In this document: positions 43,724 through 53,729 of the stretch, piece by piece | Layout of the letters: every line of letters starts with the position of its first letter | How positions within the stretch are numbered: the stretch's first letter is position 1 | Origin: an uncultured Alphaproteobacteria bacterium | GTDB lineage: Bacteria; Pseudomonadota; Alphaproteobacteria; Sphingomonadales; Sphingomonadaceae | Direction: 5' to 3' | Length of the DNA: 64,000 nucleotides | NCBI GenBank assembly: GCA_963701615.1 | Contig: OY969615.1 | Location: 3,212,525 to 3,276,524 of the forward strand | Notes under the pieces: model-generated | Seen by the model: the letters and a program-made list of their open reading frames with translations, nothing else | Told to the model about the DNA's origin: nothing | Databases searched by the model: none | Made by a program: the position numbers and the translations under genes

Positions 43724-44377
43724 ATGAAATTCTTCGTCGACACCGCCGACACCGCCGAGATAAGCGACCTGGCCGAAACCGGCCTCCTGGACGGCGTCAC
43801 CACCAATCCCTCGCTGGTCCACAAGTCGGGCCGCGACTTCCTCGAGGTGGTGAAGGAGATTTGCGGGCTCGTCGACGGGCCGGTCTCGGCCGAGGTGGTC
43901 GCGCTCGACCATGACGGGATGATGCGCGAGGCCGAGATATTGCGCAGGATCGCCGACAATATCGCGGTCAAGGTGCCGCTGACGGTCGACGGGCTGAAGA
44001 CCTGCAGGAAGCTCACCTCCGACGGCACGATGGTCAACGTCACGCTCTGCTTCTCGGCCAACCAGGCCCTGCTCGCCGCCAAGGCCGGGGCGACCTTCGT
44101 CTCGCCGTTCGTCGGCCGCCACGACGATGTCGGCTATCCCGGCATGGAGCTGATCGCCGACATCCGGCTGATCTACGACAATTACGATTTCCGCACCGAG
44201 ATCCTGGTCGCCAGCGTCAGGAGCCCGATCCACGTCCACGACGCCGCCAAATTGGGCGCCGACGTGATGACCGCCCCGCCCGCGGTGATCCGGCAATTGT
44301 TCAGCCATCCGCTGACCGACAAGGGCGTCGCCGCGTTCCTCGCCGACTGGGAAAAGACCGGACAGAAGATCGGGTGA
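43724..44377 (+). CDS. fsa: transaldolase / fructose-6-phosphate aldolase (FSA/TalC-type)
   Basis: [19 protein letters not shown] Schiff-base Lys, NVTLCFS, SPFVGR, ASVR. Confidence 0.92.
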   Translation: MKFFVDTADTAEISDLAETGLLDGVTTNPSLVHKSGRDFLEVVKEICGLVDGPVSAEVVALDHDGMMREAEILRRIADNIAVKVPLTVDGLKTCRKLTSDGTMVNVTLCFSANQALLAAKAGATFVSPFVGRHDDVGYPGMELIADIRLIYDNYDFRTEILVASVRSPIHVHDAAKLGADVMTAPPAVIRQLFSHPLTDKGVAAFLADWEKTGQKIG

Positions 44378-44511
44378 CCCGGCCGCCTCGACGCCTTCCG
44401 TAGCAGGAGGATGGCTGCCTCAATAAGCCGCGTCGCCGTAGTTACGGCGGGATAATGGGTGGGGCGCCGGGAAGCTATTGCCCTGGGTGCGCGCGTCGCC
44501 GGCTAACCGCC

Positions 44512-44988
44512 TTACCCGTTAATTTGGTTTGGGTCGCCCGAGATGATCCGGTAGGTGACGGGATCGCGGCAAGCCGTGTCGTCCGCGCGATTGGTCCAAT
44601 GGATACACAATATGCGGTTCGGGTCGTCCCAGTAAAAATAAATGTCCGCATATTGTCGGCGCGACAGTGCCCCCCTGGTAGGGTCAAAAATTTCATTGCT
44701 CCTGTTGACTGGCGCTCCGAGCGGCTCGTTTGTGTAGTCGTGATAGACTTTGAATGCCTTCGCGTGCACCTCTCTCCCCGACGACAGGGTGAGGTACCCC
44801 TCTCCCATGCGCTGCACAATCCTGAAACCTTCCGGCAGCAGCCTGCTGCCTGGCCTGTGACGTGGGAACAGCATCGTAAAAGTCCGCTGCATAAGCTGAT
44901 ATTCGGCGGAGGATTGAGCCAATGCCGGCGGTGAGAACGCGGATGCCGTCAGAAGCAAAAACGCAATCAATCGATGGTGTAGTTTCAT
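44512..44988 (-). CDS. low-GC secreted orphan protein
   Basis: MKLHHRLIAFLLLTASAFSPPALA|QSS signal peptide; GGGGAGG RBS; Cys pair at the C-terminus. Confidence 0.75.
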   Translation of the reverse strand: MKLHHRLIAFLLLTASAFSPPALAQSSAEYQLMQRTFTMLFPRHRPGSRLLPEGFRIVQRMGEGYLTLSSGREVHAKAFKVYHDYTNEPLGAPVNRSNEIFDPTRGALSRRQYADIYFYWDDPNRILCIHWTNRADDTACRDPVTYRIISGDPNQING

Positions 44989-45225
44989 CACTGCCTCCCC
45001 GGTAGACCAATGCCGAAAGGTGCGGCGCCGCTCAATACCTACGATCTCAAATGATACCACGCGGCCCAAGCTGGGCTCAACTCTCCGCGACGTATTTACC
45101 ATCGAGCGGGGACCGGGGCCAGTGGCGCATGCGCCGAATTACGGTGCCAGGTAACTGATCACCAATGACTTGCTCGGCTTGGGCCCGCGTTTCCGGGGCG
45201 CCGAGGCGCGATCGGTTCGCGCTTC

Positions 45226-45315
45226 GATCGGCCAGCTCTTCAAGCGTCCCTTGACCGACAGGGCATCGCCGCCTTCCTCGCCGACTGGGAGAAGATCGGG
45301 CAGAGCATCGGCTGA
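45226..45315 (+). pseudogene. displaced, diverged copy of the transaldolase 3' end
   Basis: Aligns to 44287-44377 ([23 protein letters not shown]) with a 1-nt deletion. Confidence 0.8.
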
Positions 45316-45319
45316 TCCA

Positions 45320-45452
45320 TTCCTCCCCTCGATTTCGAGGGGAGGGGGACCGTGAAACGCGGTGGAGGGGCAGCCTTTCGACCCGCGAACCGAAAATTGC
45401 CCCTCCACCAGCCTTCGGCTGGTCCCCCTCCCCGGCAAATGCCGGGGAGGAA
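45320..45452. repeat. palindromic element, family 2 (CCTCCCC...GGGGAGG), inverted relative to 63834
   Basis: Its reverse complement matches the 63834-63958 element. Confidence 0.85.
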
Positions 45453-45501
45453 TGGGAAAATGCCATCGCTTCTTAACCATATCCGGGTTAGTCTCGCCGC
45501 C

Positions 45502-46062
45502 ATGGGACGGGTGATCAATTTCGAGGACCGGGCGGTGGCCACCCTGCGGGCGCGGGTGGCGGCGGCGGAGGAGGCCAACCAGGACCTCATCGCCTTCGCC
45601 CGCGGCCATTCGGGCGCGGTCGCCTCGATCCACGCCGCCGTGCTCGCCGCGATCGAGGCGGAAGGGCTCGACCACCTGATCCACGTCGTCACCCAGGAAT
45701 GGCCGCAGATCCTCGGCCTCGATGCGGTCGCGGTCGCCTTGTGGGCGGGCGAGATGGGCGTGCGCGCCGACGCCTCGGGCCTCCAGTTCGTCGACCCGCG
45801 GCTGATCGAGCGCTCGGTCCGGGACTTTGACGGCGTGCTGCTGCGCGGCGTCGACCGCGGCCATCCTTTGTTCGGCCCCGCCTGCGACCTGATCCGCGCC
45901 GAGGCGCTGATCCGCCTCGTCAGCGAGCCGCCGCTGCCGAGCGGCCTGCTCGCGCTCGGCCAGCGCAACCGCCAGAGCTTCGACACCCGCCACGGCTCCG
46001 AGCTTCTCATCTTCCTCGGGCGGGTGCTGACCCGCAGCATGGGCCGGTGGCTGATCCCCTGA
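45502..46062 (+). CDS. DUF484 (YigA-like) protein
   Basis: Coiled coil, LLAL.G...F....G..LL.FL; directly upstream of xerC. Confidence 0.85.
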   Translation: MGRVINFEDRAVATLRARVAAAEEANQDLIAFARGHSGAVASIHAAVLAAIEAEGLDHLIHVVTQEWPQILGLDAVAVALWAGEMGVRADASGLQFVDPRLIERSVRDFDGVLLRGVDRGHPLFGPACDLIRAEALIRLVSEPPLPSGLLALGQRNRQSFDTRHGSELLIFLGRVLTRSMGRWLIP

Positions 46063-46970
46063 GCGACCATCCTGCGCGGGCTCTCGCCGCGCGCTGGCAC
46101 GACCATCTCGCCCGCGAGCGCCGCCGGTCCGGGCATACGGTCCGCGCTTATGCCGCCACCGCGCACCGGCTGATCGACTTCCTCGCGCGCCATCTCGGCG
46201 ACGCCGTCGACGGCGCCGCCCTGGCCGCGCTCCAGCCGGCGGACCTGCGCGCCTTCCTCACCGTGCGGCGCGCCGAGGGGCTCGGCAACGCTTCGGCGGC
46301 GCGCGAGCTGTCGGCGGTCCGCGGCTTCCTCGCCTTCGCCGCCGCGGAAGCGGGAAGCAACGCCCCGCCCCCGCGCCTCAAGGGGCCGAAAAGGCCGCGC
46401 AGCGTGCCGCGGCCGGTCTCGCCCGACGAGGCGGTGGCGCTGGCCGAGGAGGCGGGCGGGGAGGCGGCGGCGCCGTGGATCGCGGCGCGCGACTATGCGG
46501 TGCTGGTGCTGCTCTACGGCTCGGGCCTGCGGGTCGCCGAGGCGCTCGGCCTGACCGGCGCCGCGCTGCCGCTCGGCGAAACGCTGAGCGTCACCGGCAA
46601 GCGCAACAAGACCCGGATCGTGCCGCTGCTCGCGCCGGTCAGGGAGGCGATCGAGCGCTACCTCGCGCTTTGCCCCTGGCCGGCGGGAAAGGACGAGCCC
46701 CTGTTCCGCGGCGCGCGCGGCGGGCCCTTGCGGGGCGAGATCGTCCGGCGCGCAATGGCCAGGGCGCGGCGGGCCCTGGGCCTTTCCGAGCGGGCGACGC
46801 CGCACGCTTTGCGCCACAGCTTCGCCACCCACCTGCTCGGCCGCGGCGCGGACTTGAGGTCGCTGCAGGAGCTGCTCGGCCATGCCAGCCTCAGCTCGAC
46901 CCAGATCTACACCGCCGTCGACGCCGCCCATTTGATGGACGTCTACCGCAACGCCCATCCGAGGGCGTGA
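46047..46970 (+). CDS. xerC: chromosomal tyrosine recombinase XerC
   Basis: LYGSGLRVAE, GKRNKTR, HALRHSFATH, LGH, TQIY catalytic residues; DUF484-xerC synteny. Confidence 0.9.
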   Translation: MADPLSDHPARALAARWHDHLARERRRSGHTVRAYAATAHRLIDFLARHLGDAVDGAALAALQPADLRAFLTVRRAEGLGNASAARELSAVRGFLAFAAAEAGSNAPPPRLKGPKRPRSVPRPVSPDEAVALAEEAGGEAAAPWIAARDYAVLVLLYGSGLRVAEALGLTGAALPLGETLSVTGKRNKTRIVPLLAPVREAIERYLALCPWPAGKDEPLFRGARGGPLRGEIVRRAMARARRALGLSERATPHALRHSFATHLLGRGADLRSLQELLGHASLSSTQIYTAVDAAHLMDVYRNAHPRA

Positions 46971-47003
46971 CGATGCCGGTCCCGCTCGACCATGGCATCG
47001 AGC

Positions 47004-47648
47004 TCAATCCGGTTCGGGACCGGCTTGCGGACGGCCTGCCCGCCGGCTGGGGTGGCGGCGGTTCCAGGTGAGCTGGCGCCACAGGTACCAGAGGACGATT
47101 CCGAAGATCACCGCCGACGAGATCGGCCCGGCAATCTCCTCGATCCGGTGGAACCGGCTGCCGGCGGCATAGCCCGCGCCGGCGAGGGCCGCCGCGAAAC
47201 CGCCAGTGCCGATCGTCGACCAGATCAGGTAGCGGGGCAGGCCCATGCGGACGATTCCGGCGGGGATCGAGATGAAGGTGCGGATGGTCGGCAGCATCCG
47301 GCCGAAAAAGACCATGCCGGTGCCGTACCGGTCGAACAGGGCCTGCATCCTGTCGACGTCGTACCAGTCGAGGGTCAGCCAGCGCCCGTAGCGGTCGATG
47401 AAGGCGTGGAAGCGCTTGAGCCCGATCGAGCGCGCGGCGAGGTACCACAGCGTGTTGCCGACCATCGTCCCCAGGGTCGAGGCCAGGATCACGCCGGGCA
47501 GGCCGAGCGGCCCGTTGGCGGCGCGCATGCCGGCGAGCGGCAGCACGACTTCCGACGGGATCGGCGGGAACACCGTCTCCAGCAGCATCAGCAGGAAGAC
47601 GCCGGCATAGCCTCCCCAGTCGATCAGGCGGATCACCCAGTCGCTCAT
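47004..47648 (-). CDS. DedA family membrane protein
   Basis: LETVFPPIPSE, FFGRMLP.IRT.ISIPAG. Confidence 0.92.
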   Translation of the reverse strand: MSDWVIRLIDWGGYAGVFLLMLLETVFPPIPSEVVLPLAGMRAANGPLGLPGVILASTLGTMVGNTLWYLAARSIGLKRFHAFIDRYGRWLTLDWYDVDRMQALFDRYGTGMVFFGRMLPTIRTFISIPAGIVRMGLPRYLIWSTIGTGGFAAALAGAGYAAGSRFHRIEEIAGPISSAVIFGIVLWYLWRQLTWNRRHPSRRAGRPQAGPEPD

Positions 47649-47685
47649 GATCGTCCGTTTCCCGCCCGGGCAGGGTCGCGCATGG

Positions 47686-48633
47686 CTATTGGAGCTTCGC
47701 TTCGATCGCATCCCAGATGCGCGCCGGCGTGTCGGTGCCGTTGAACCGGTCGATGGCGACGATGCCGGTGGGCGAGGTGACGTTGATCTCGGTCAGCCAT
47801 TCGCCGCCGATCACGTCGATGCCGACGAACAGCAGGCCGCGGGCCTTGAGCTCGGGGCCGATCGCGGCGCAGATCTCCTCTTCGCGCGCGGTCAGCCCGG
47901 TCTTCGCGGCCTTGCCGCCGACCGCGAGGTTCGAGCGGATCTCGCCTTCGCCGGGGATGCGGTTGACCGCCCCGACCACCTCGCCGTCGACCAGGACGAT
48001 GCGCTTGTCGCCCTCCGCCACGCCGGGGAGGAAGGCCTGCAGCATGTGCGGCTCGCGATAGGCGGTGTTGAACAGCTCGATCAGGGAGGCGAGGTTGGCG
48101 CCGTCGCGGCCGACCTTGAACACCGCCTTGCCGCCATTGCCGTGGAGCGGCTTGACCACGATCTCCTTGTGCTCGGCGAGGAACTTGCGCGCCAGGCCGA
48201 GCGAGCGGGTGATCGCGGTCGGCGGCATGAAGCGGGCATAATCGAGCACCCAGACCTTCTCCGGCGCGTTGCGGACGCTGGCCGGGTCGTTGACCACCAG
48301 CGTCTCTCCCTGGATGCGCTCGAGCAAATGGGTGGCGGTGATATAGCCGAGGTCGAACGGCGGGTCCTGGCGCATCAGCACGACGTCGACGTCGCGGCCG
48401 AGGTCGAGGATCGCCGGCTCGCCCAGCGTGTAATGATCGCCCGCGACCGGCCGGACGGTGACCGGATAGGCCATGGTCCAAAGCCGCCCCTCCGCCCAGC
48501 TCAGCGCCTCGGCGGCATAATGATGGAGCCGGTGCCCCCGCGCCTGCGCGCCAAGCATGATGGCGAAGGTCGAATCGCCGGAGATGCTGATGCTCTCCAG
48601 CGGATCCATCTGGACGGCGACGTTGAGGCTCAT
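47686..48633 (-). CDS. gshB: glutathione synthetase
   Basis: DSTF, MRQDPPFD..YI, EK, KPL.G.GG, GDKR, RSN...GG, EINVTSPTG. Confidence 0.96.
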   Translation of the reverse strand: MSLNVAVQMDPLESISISGDSTFAIMLGAQARGHRLHHYAAEALSWAEGRLWTMAYPVTVRPVAGDHYTLGEPAILDLGRDVDVVLMRQDPPFDLGYITATHLLERIQGETLVVNDPASVRNAPEKVWVLDYARFMPPTAITRSLGLARKFLAEHKEIVVKPLHGNGGKAVFKVGRDGANLASLIELFNTAYREPHMLQAFLPGVAEGDKRIVLVDGEVVGAVNRIPGEGEIRSNLAVGGKAAKTGLTAREEEICAAIGPELKARGLLFVGIDVIGGEWLTEINVTSPTGIVAIDRFNGTDTPARIWDAIEAKLQ

Positions 48634-48712
48634 GCCGCTGTCTTAGGCGAGTAGCACAGCCTTGTCACCCCGGCCAAAAGCTCCGGCCGGGGACGAATCC
48701 CCGGCCGCCGTC

Positions 48713-51700
48713 TCAGCCTATGAAGCTGAAATCATAGGTGGTGACGATCTCGAAATCGGACCCGTGGACCTGGCCGGTCGCATAGATGGTGACGAACTCG
48801 ATCGAGCCGTTGTCGTTGATCTGATAGAGGTTGCTGCCGCCGCCGCCGACACGGGTGAAGGTCGTGCCGGCGCCATAGCCGACCAGCACGATCGAATCGC
48901 CGTCCGCATTGCCCCGGCCGAAGAAGTCGGTGATCACGTCGCCGTTCGCTTCGCCCTTGCGCAGCACGAACACGTCGTTGCCGTCGCCGCCGGTCATCGT
49001 GTCGGCGCCGGCGCCGCCGTCGAGCGTGTCGCTGCCGGTGCCGCCGATCAGCGTGTCGGCGCCGCCGCCGCCCTTGAGGCTGTCATTGCCCCCGGCGCCG
49101 TTCAGCACGTCGGACTCCGCGCCGCCCCAGAACACGTTGTCGCGGCCGTCGCCGAGCACGTTCTCGCCGAGCACGTCGACGACGTCGACGTCGACGTCGA
49201 AGTCGGCGAACGCGCCCTGATCGTCGGTGACCCGCACCGTGATGGTGTGGCTCGCGGCCTGCTCGTAATCGAGCAGCAGGCCGTCGGCGACGGTGACGTT
49301 GCCGCTGCTGTCCATGTCGAACCGGCCGCCGGCATCGTCGAGCAGGATGAAGCTGTGCGTGCCGCCGTCCGGATCCTGCGCGGTCAGCGTGCCGGCCGCG
49401 CTGCCGTTGGTCGCGTCCTCCGGCGCGGCGAGCGTTCCGGTGACGCCGGTCGGAGCGTCGTTGACGGCGTCGACCTGCTGGCCGAGCGTGACCGTATCGG
49501 TGCTGTACCGGGTGGTGCCGCCGGTCGCCGTCAGGTCGGCCAGCGCGCCCGAGACGATCGCGCCCGCGGACGCGTCGACCAGGTGCACGGTCAGCGTCGG
49601 CGCGCCGCCGGTGAAGCCGGGCGCCGGGTTGAAGCGGACCGAGGTGCCGGCGTCGAGCAGGACGGCCGCGCCGGTCGAGGCCGCGCCGATGTTCACCCAG
49701 GTGACGCCGTTATGATATTGCCACTGGCCGGTCGCGCCGCTCGAGCCGTTGGCGGTCACCGCGACGCCGGCGAAGGCGTCGGCGGAGGATCCCCCGGCGA
49801 CCTGGTCGGTCGCGTCGGAATATTGGCCGCCGAACAGGTCGGCCACGGTCTGGCCGGTCGCGCTCGGCATGTCCTCCTCGATCGGGTCGGCGTCCTCGGT
49901 GCCGTCGCCGGCGACGGTGGGCGCGTCGTTGACCGCGGCGACGCCGATCGCGACCATGTCCACATCCTGGTCGGTGCCGTCGTCGCTGGTCATGGTCAGC
50001 GTATCGGGGCCGTTGACGTTGGCGGTCGGCGTGTAGGTGACGCCGTTCACGGCCGCGAGGGTGGTGTTGATCTCCGCCTGGGTGCCGGTGAGCTGCACCG
50101 AGGCGGTGCCGCTGTTGCTGACCGCGGCTCCCCCCGGGACGGTGGCGACGGCGAGGGTGCCGCGCCCGACCGCCAGGGTGACGGTGAGCGCGCCCGAATC
50201 GACGTCGCTGACCGACAGGCCGGTGACGGCGACCGCCGCCGCGTCCTCGCTGGTGGCGACGGCGCCGCCGGTGGTGTTGACCGGCGCGTCGTTGGTGGCG
50301 GTGACCGCGACGGTGGCATAGGCCGGATCGCTGTTGATCAGGCCGTCGGTGACGGTGAAGGCGATGGTGCGGGTGGCGGTGCTGGGAGTGTCGCCGGGGG
50401 TGGTGAAGCCGACCGAATCGAGCACCGTCTGATATTGCGCGAAGCTGGCATTGCCGGTGAGGGTGAGCACGCCGGTCGCCGCATTGTAGCTGCCGCTGAT
50501 GCCGCCGCCGGGGGTGAAGGTCAGCGTGTCGCCGGCGGCGAAGCCGCCGGTGATCGCCACCGTCGCGCCCTGGATCACCGCCTGGTCGGCGTCGCTCACG
50601 GTGACGGTGCTGGCGACGTCCGCGGGCGGGCCGGCGCCGGACGGCGAGCCCGCCGTTTCGCTATAGCCCATTCCGGCGCTGCTCAGCGTCAGCACCGGCG
50701 CATAGTCGATCTCCATGCCGAACGGGGCGCCGTTGGCGGTCGGCTCGAAGGCGGTGGCGAAGACGGTCGGGGCGGTGCCGGGCGCGGCGGTCAGGCTGCC
50801 CGAGAAGATCCGCGATCCGCCCTCGTCGGTGGCGGTGCCGTCATGGCCGATGGCGGTGTCGGTGCTGTTGAGGGTGGTGACGTAATAGCGGCCGCCGATC
50901 GTGTCGACCTCGATATATTGCATCTGGGTGGTCGGGAACGGCTGCAGCGTGTTGAAGGAATTGTTGGACGGCTGCTGCCAGATCTCGGTGTAGATGCCGG
51001 TCGTGAGGTCGAGCTTGAAGATGCCGCCGGTGCCGTCGGCGCCGAGCCGCTGGGTGACGAAATAGAGCGTCTGGTTGGCGATATCGATGTCGATGCCGGC
51101 AAGCGAGCCCTCGGAGTCCGGGAAATGGTTGTCGGGGTTGCCGCCGGGCCCGTCGGGATCGTCGCTGCCGGCGATCGCCACCACCGAATAGCCGCCGCCG
51201 GGATCGGCGAGGCTGTTGACCCTGACGATATAGTTGATCGCCGCGTTGGGCGGCCCGAAGAAGGTGTCGACCAGGGTGTAGGTCAAATAGGCGGTGTCGT
51301 GGGCGACATCGAGGGTGAAGTCGAAGACGCCGCCGGCGAGGAAGCCGAACGACGAATCCACCGCCAGGGCGACCGGGCCGTAATCGGTGACGGCGCCGCC
51401 GCCATAGCCGACCGACTTCAGGCTGTGGCCGGCGAAAATGTCGCCCTCGGTAAAGTAGACGCGGTTGCCCGCGGTATCGATCTCGATGCCGCCGATGAAC
51501 TGGTCGGGCGTCGCGTCGCTGAAGATCACCGTCAGCGTCGGGCTGCTGGTGCCGCTGGCCAGGTCGGCGATATTGCCCTTGAGGATGCGGGTGTTGGTCC
51601 CGTCGGAATCGACGACGAAGAAGACGCCGTCCTCGATGTCGAAGGTGAGGTCGGTGAGGCGGTTGAACGCCGGGTTGTCGCGGAACAGGCGGGCGAGGTT

Positions 51701-52396
51701 GGTGGCGGTGTTCACCGCCTCGTCATTGTCCATGCGCAGCACGGCGTCGGACTGGCCGCCGCCGGCCATGACCGCGAACAATTGCATGTCGGGGTTGTCG
51801 AGCGGGCCGCTCAGCGAGACGTCGGCGCGGTCGTCGTAGATCGTGCCGAGATTGTCGTTGGTGTCGCTGCCGTGCCACTGCGCGGCGGTGCTGATATTGA
51901 CGGTCTGGGTCTGCGGGATCTCGGTGCTCGGGCCGGCATAGGAGGCCTGGTCGAAGCCGATTGCGACGGCGTTGGTGCCGACGGTGAGGCCGGTATTGGC
52001 CAGTGAGCCGTCGAAGGTCGCGTTGCCGTCGGCGATGTCGGCCGCATGGAGGAAAGTGCTCGGGCTGTCGGCGTCGCTGCCCTGGTAGACGTAGACCGTG
52101 TCGCCGGTGAGGTCGGAGAGGTTCATGCCAGCGGCGGCGAGCTCGGCGGAGGTGATGGTGATCACGGTGCCGGCCGGAAGGTCGGCGCCGGCGGTGTAGG
52201 CGAAGGTGCCGTCCCCGGCCGCGTTGGTGAACGCGCTGCCGTTCCACGCCCGGTCGGTGAAGAAGATCTGGGTTCCCATTCCGATCGGCCTCAAGAGGAC
52301 GAAGCGGATGATATCGTCGTCGTCGGTGCCGCCGACCGCATCGGTGGCGTAGGAAACGACGGCGACGTCGCCGGCAGCGAGAATGGAAGCGACCAT
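48713..52396 (-). CDS. large secreted protein: N-terminal lamin-tail-like region, beta-propeller-like region, cadherin-like repeats, RTX tail
   Basis: NDAP linkers, D.D.G...F..., DYE...H.ITV.VTD cadherin pattern, GGxGxD repeats; no signal peptide. Confidence 0.85.
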   Translation of the reverse strand: MVASILAAGDVAVVSYATDAVGGTDDDDIIRFVLLRPIGMGTQIFFTDRAWNGSAFTNAAGDGTFAYTAGADLPAGTVITITSAELAAAGMNLSDLTGDTVYVYQGSDADSPSTFLHAADIADGNATFDGSLANTGLTVGTNAVAIGFDQASYAGPSTEIPQTQTVNISTAAQWHGSDTNDNLGTIYDDRADVSLSGPLDNPDMQLFAVMAGGGQSDAVLRMDNDEAVNTATNLARLFRDNPAFNRLTDLTFDIEDGVFFVVDSDGTNTRILKGNIADLASGTSSPTLTVIFSDATPDQFIGGIEIDTAGNRVYFTEGDIFAGHSLKSVGYGGGAVTDYGPVALAVDSSFGFLAGGVFDFTLDVAHDTAYLTYTLVDTFFGPPNAAINYIVRVNSLADPGGGYSVVAIAGSDDPDGPGGNPDNHFPDSEGSLAGIDIDIANQTLYFVTQRLGADGTGGIFKLDLTTGIYTEIWQQPSNNSFNTLQPFPTTQMQYIEVDTIGGRYYVTTLNSTDTAIGHDGTATDEGGSRIFSGSLTAAPGTAPTVFATAFEPTANGAPFGMEIDYAPVLTLSSAGMGYSETAGSPSGAGPPADVASTVTVSDADQAVIQGATVAITGGFAAGDTLTFTPGGGISGSYNAATGVLTLTGNASFAQYQTVLDSVGFTTPGDTPSTATRTIAFTVTDGLINSDPAYATVAVTATNDAPVNTTGGAVATSEDAAAVAVTGLSVSDVDSGALTVTLAVGRGTLAVATVPGGAAVSNSGTASVQLTGTQAEINTTLAAVNGVTYTPTANVNGPDTLTMTSDDGTDQDVDMVAIGVAAVNDAPTVAGDGTEDADPIEEDMPSATGQTVADLFGGQYSDATDQVAGGSSADAFAGVAVTANGSSGATGQWQYHNGVTWVNIGAASTGAAVLLDAGTSVRFNPAPGFTGGAPTLTVHLVDASAGAIVSGALADLTATGGTTRYSTDTVTLGQQVDAVNDAPTGVTGTLAAPEDATNGSAAGTLTAQDPDGGTHSFILLDDAGGRFDMDSSGNVTVADGLLLDYEQAASHTITVRVTDDQGAFADFDVDVDVVDVLGENVLGDGRDNVFWGGAESDVLNGAGGNDSLKGGGGADTLIGGTGSDTLDGGAGADTMTGGDGNDVFVLRKGEANGDVITDFFGRGNADGDSIVLVGYGAGTTFTRVGGGGSNLYQINDNGSIEFVTIYATGQVHGSDFEIVTTYDFSFIG

Positions 52397-52476
52397 GTGC
52401 AAATTCCCCGATGACCCGTCCCGCGCCCCGCGCGCGAATCCCCCGGGCTCTGCCGATCATGCCACCAAAATGGACG

Positions 52477-52493
52477 GGTAAGAAGGCGTTACC
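52477..52493. promoter_or_regulatory. perfect dyad GGTAA-N7-TTACC upstream of the cadherin/RTX gene
   Basis: GGTAA GAAGGCG TTACC. Confidence 0.35.
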
Positions 52494-52536
52494 ACTCCAA
52501 AATGGAGGCAGTGCGATTACGGTATGAAGTCGCCGT

Positions 52537-52887
52537 TCATCCCCGCCAGACATCGGCGAGGTGGCGCGGCCATCGCCAGGGGATGATGAGCATCGCGTCG
52601 ATCCGAACGTCGTTCCCGGGCCGTGCGTAACGGTGGGCGAGCGCTTCGGCGGCCGCGGCCACCCGGCGCAGCCGGTAATCGTCGAGCGCGAGGTCCGCTT
52701 GCGCCGCGCTGGCGCGGGCCTTGACCTCGACGAAGGCGACGGTGCGGCCCCGCCGGGCGACCAGGTCGATCTCGCCGACCGGGGTGCGCACGCGGCGCGC
52801 GAGGATCGTCCAGCCTTTCAGCCTGAGCCACCAGGCGGCGAGGGCTTCGGCCCGGCGTCCGCCGCGTTCCGCGCGCCGGCGCCTCAT
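52537..52887 (-). CDS. yraN: YraN family endonuclease-like protein
   Basis: G..AE..A...L..KG..IL, GEIDLVA, FVEVKAR; coupled to the rsmI stop. Confidence 0.9.
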   Translation of the reverse strand: MRRRRAERGGRRAEALAAWWLRLKGWTILARRVRTPVGEIDLVARRGRTVAFVEVKARASAAQADLALDDYRLRRVAAAAEALAHRYARPGNDVRIDAMLIIPWRWPRHLADVWRG

Positions 52888-53729
52888 TTGAGCCGCTGCG
52901 CCCGCTCGTAGACCGCGCGGCGGGGCAGGCCGAGCCGTTGCGCCACCTCGGCGGCGGCGCGCGACGGGGAGAGGCGGGCCATGGCGTCGCGCAGGGCGGC
53001 GTCGACCTCCTCGTCGCCGGCGGGCTCCGCCTCCCCGGGCGGGCCGACGACGATGACGATCTCGCCTTTGGGCGGCGCGTCGCGATAGCGTTGGGCGAGC
53101 GCGGCGAGGGTGCCGGTGACGGTTTCCTCGAACCTCTTGCTGATCTCGCGCGCGACCGCGGCGTCGCGGTCGCCCAGGCCGTCGCGGAGGGCGGCGAGGG
53201 TCGCGGCGAGCCGCGGCCCGCTTTCGTAGAAAGCGAGCGTGCCCCTGAACGCGCCCGCCTCGGCGATCGCCGCCTTCTTGGCCGAGGCCTTTGGGGGCAG
53301 GAAGCCGAAGAAGGCGAAACGGTCGGTCGGCAGCCCCGCCAGGGTCAGCGCCGCGATCACCGCGCTCGGGCCGGGGACGGTGACCACTTTGACGCCGGCC
53401 GCGCGGGCGTCGCGGACGAGCTTGTAGCCCGGGTCGGAGATGAGCGGCGTGCCGGCGTCGGAAACCAGCGCCACCGCCTCGCCGCGCATCCGCTCGATCA
53501 GGCCGGGCCGGACGCGGTCGGCATTGTGGTCGTGATAGGCGATCATCGGCCGCCGGGCGCCGATATGGTTGAGCAGCTTGGCGGTGACCCGGCTGTCCTC
53601 GACCGCGATCAGGCCGGCTTTGGCCAAGATTTCCGCCGCGCGGGGGCTCAGATCGGAAAGATTGCCGATCGGGGTGGCGACGATATAGAGGCCGGGTTCG
53701 AGAGCATCGTCCATCGGGAGCATCGTCAT
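52884..53729 (-). CDS. rsmI: 16S rRNA (C1402) 2'-O-methyltransferase
   Basis: LYIVATPIGNL.D, EDSR, SDAGTP.ISDPG, FYES, REISK.FE. Confidence 0.95.
   Translation of the reverse strand: MTMLPMDDALEPGLYIVATPIGNLSDLSPRAAEILAKAGLIAVEDSRVTAKLLNHIGARRPMIAYHDHNADRVRPGLIERMRGEAVALVSDAGTPLISDPGYKLVRDARAAGVKVVTVPGPSAVIAALTLAGLPTDRFAFFGFLPPKASAKKAAIAEAGAFRGTLAFYESGPRLAATLAALRDGLGDRDAAVAREISKRFEETVTGTLAALAQRYRDAPPKGEIVIVVGPPGEAEPAGDEEVDAALRDAMARLSPSRAAAEVAQRLGLPRRAVYERAQRLK

Noticed and set aside
46047-46970. Tyrosine recombinase as an island or prophage integrase
   Set aside because: Coupled to DUF484 (the yigA-xerC arrangement), host-like codon usage and no phage or ICE genes: housekeeping XerC.
48662-52006. 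Long plus-strand ORFs (1114 aa here; also 2258-5062, 30150-32093, 40885-43503)
   Set aside because: Antisense shadows of real genes, expected in high-GC DNA with strong codon bias.
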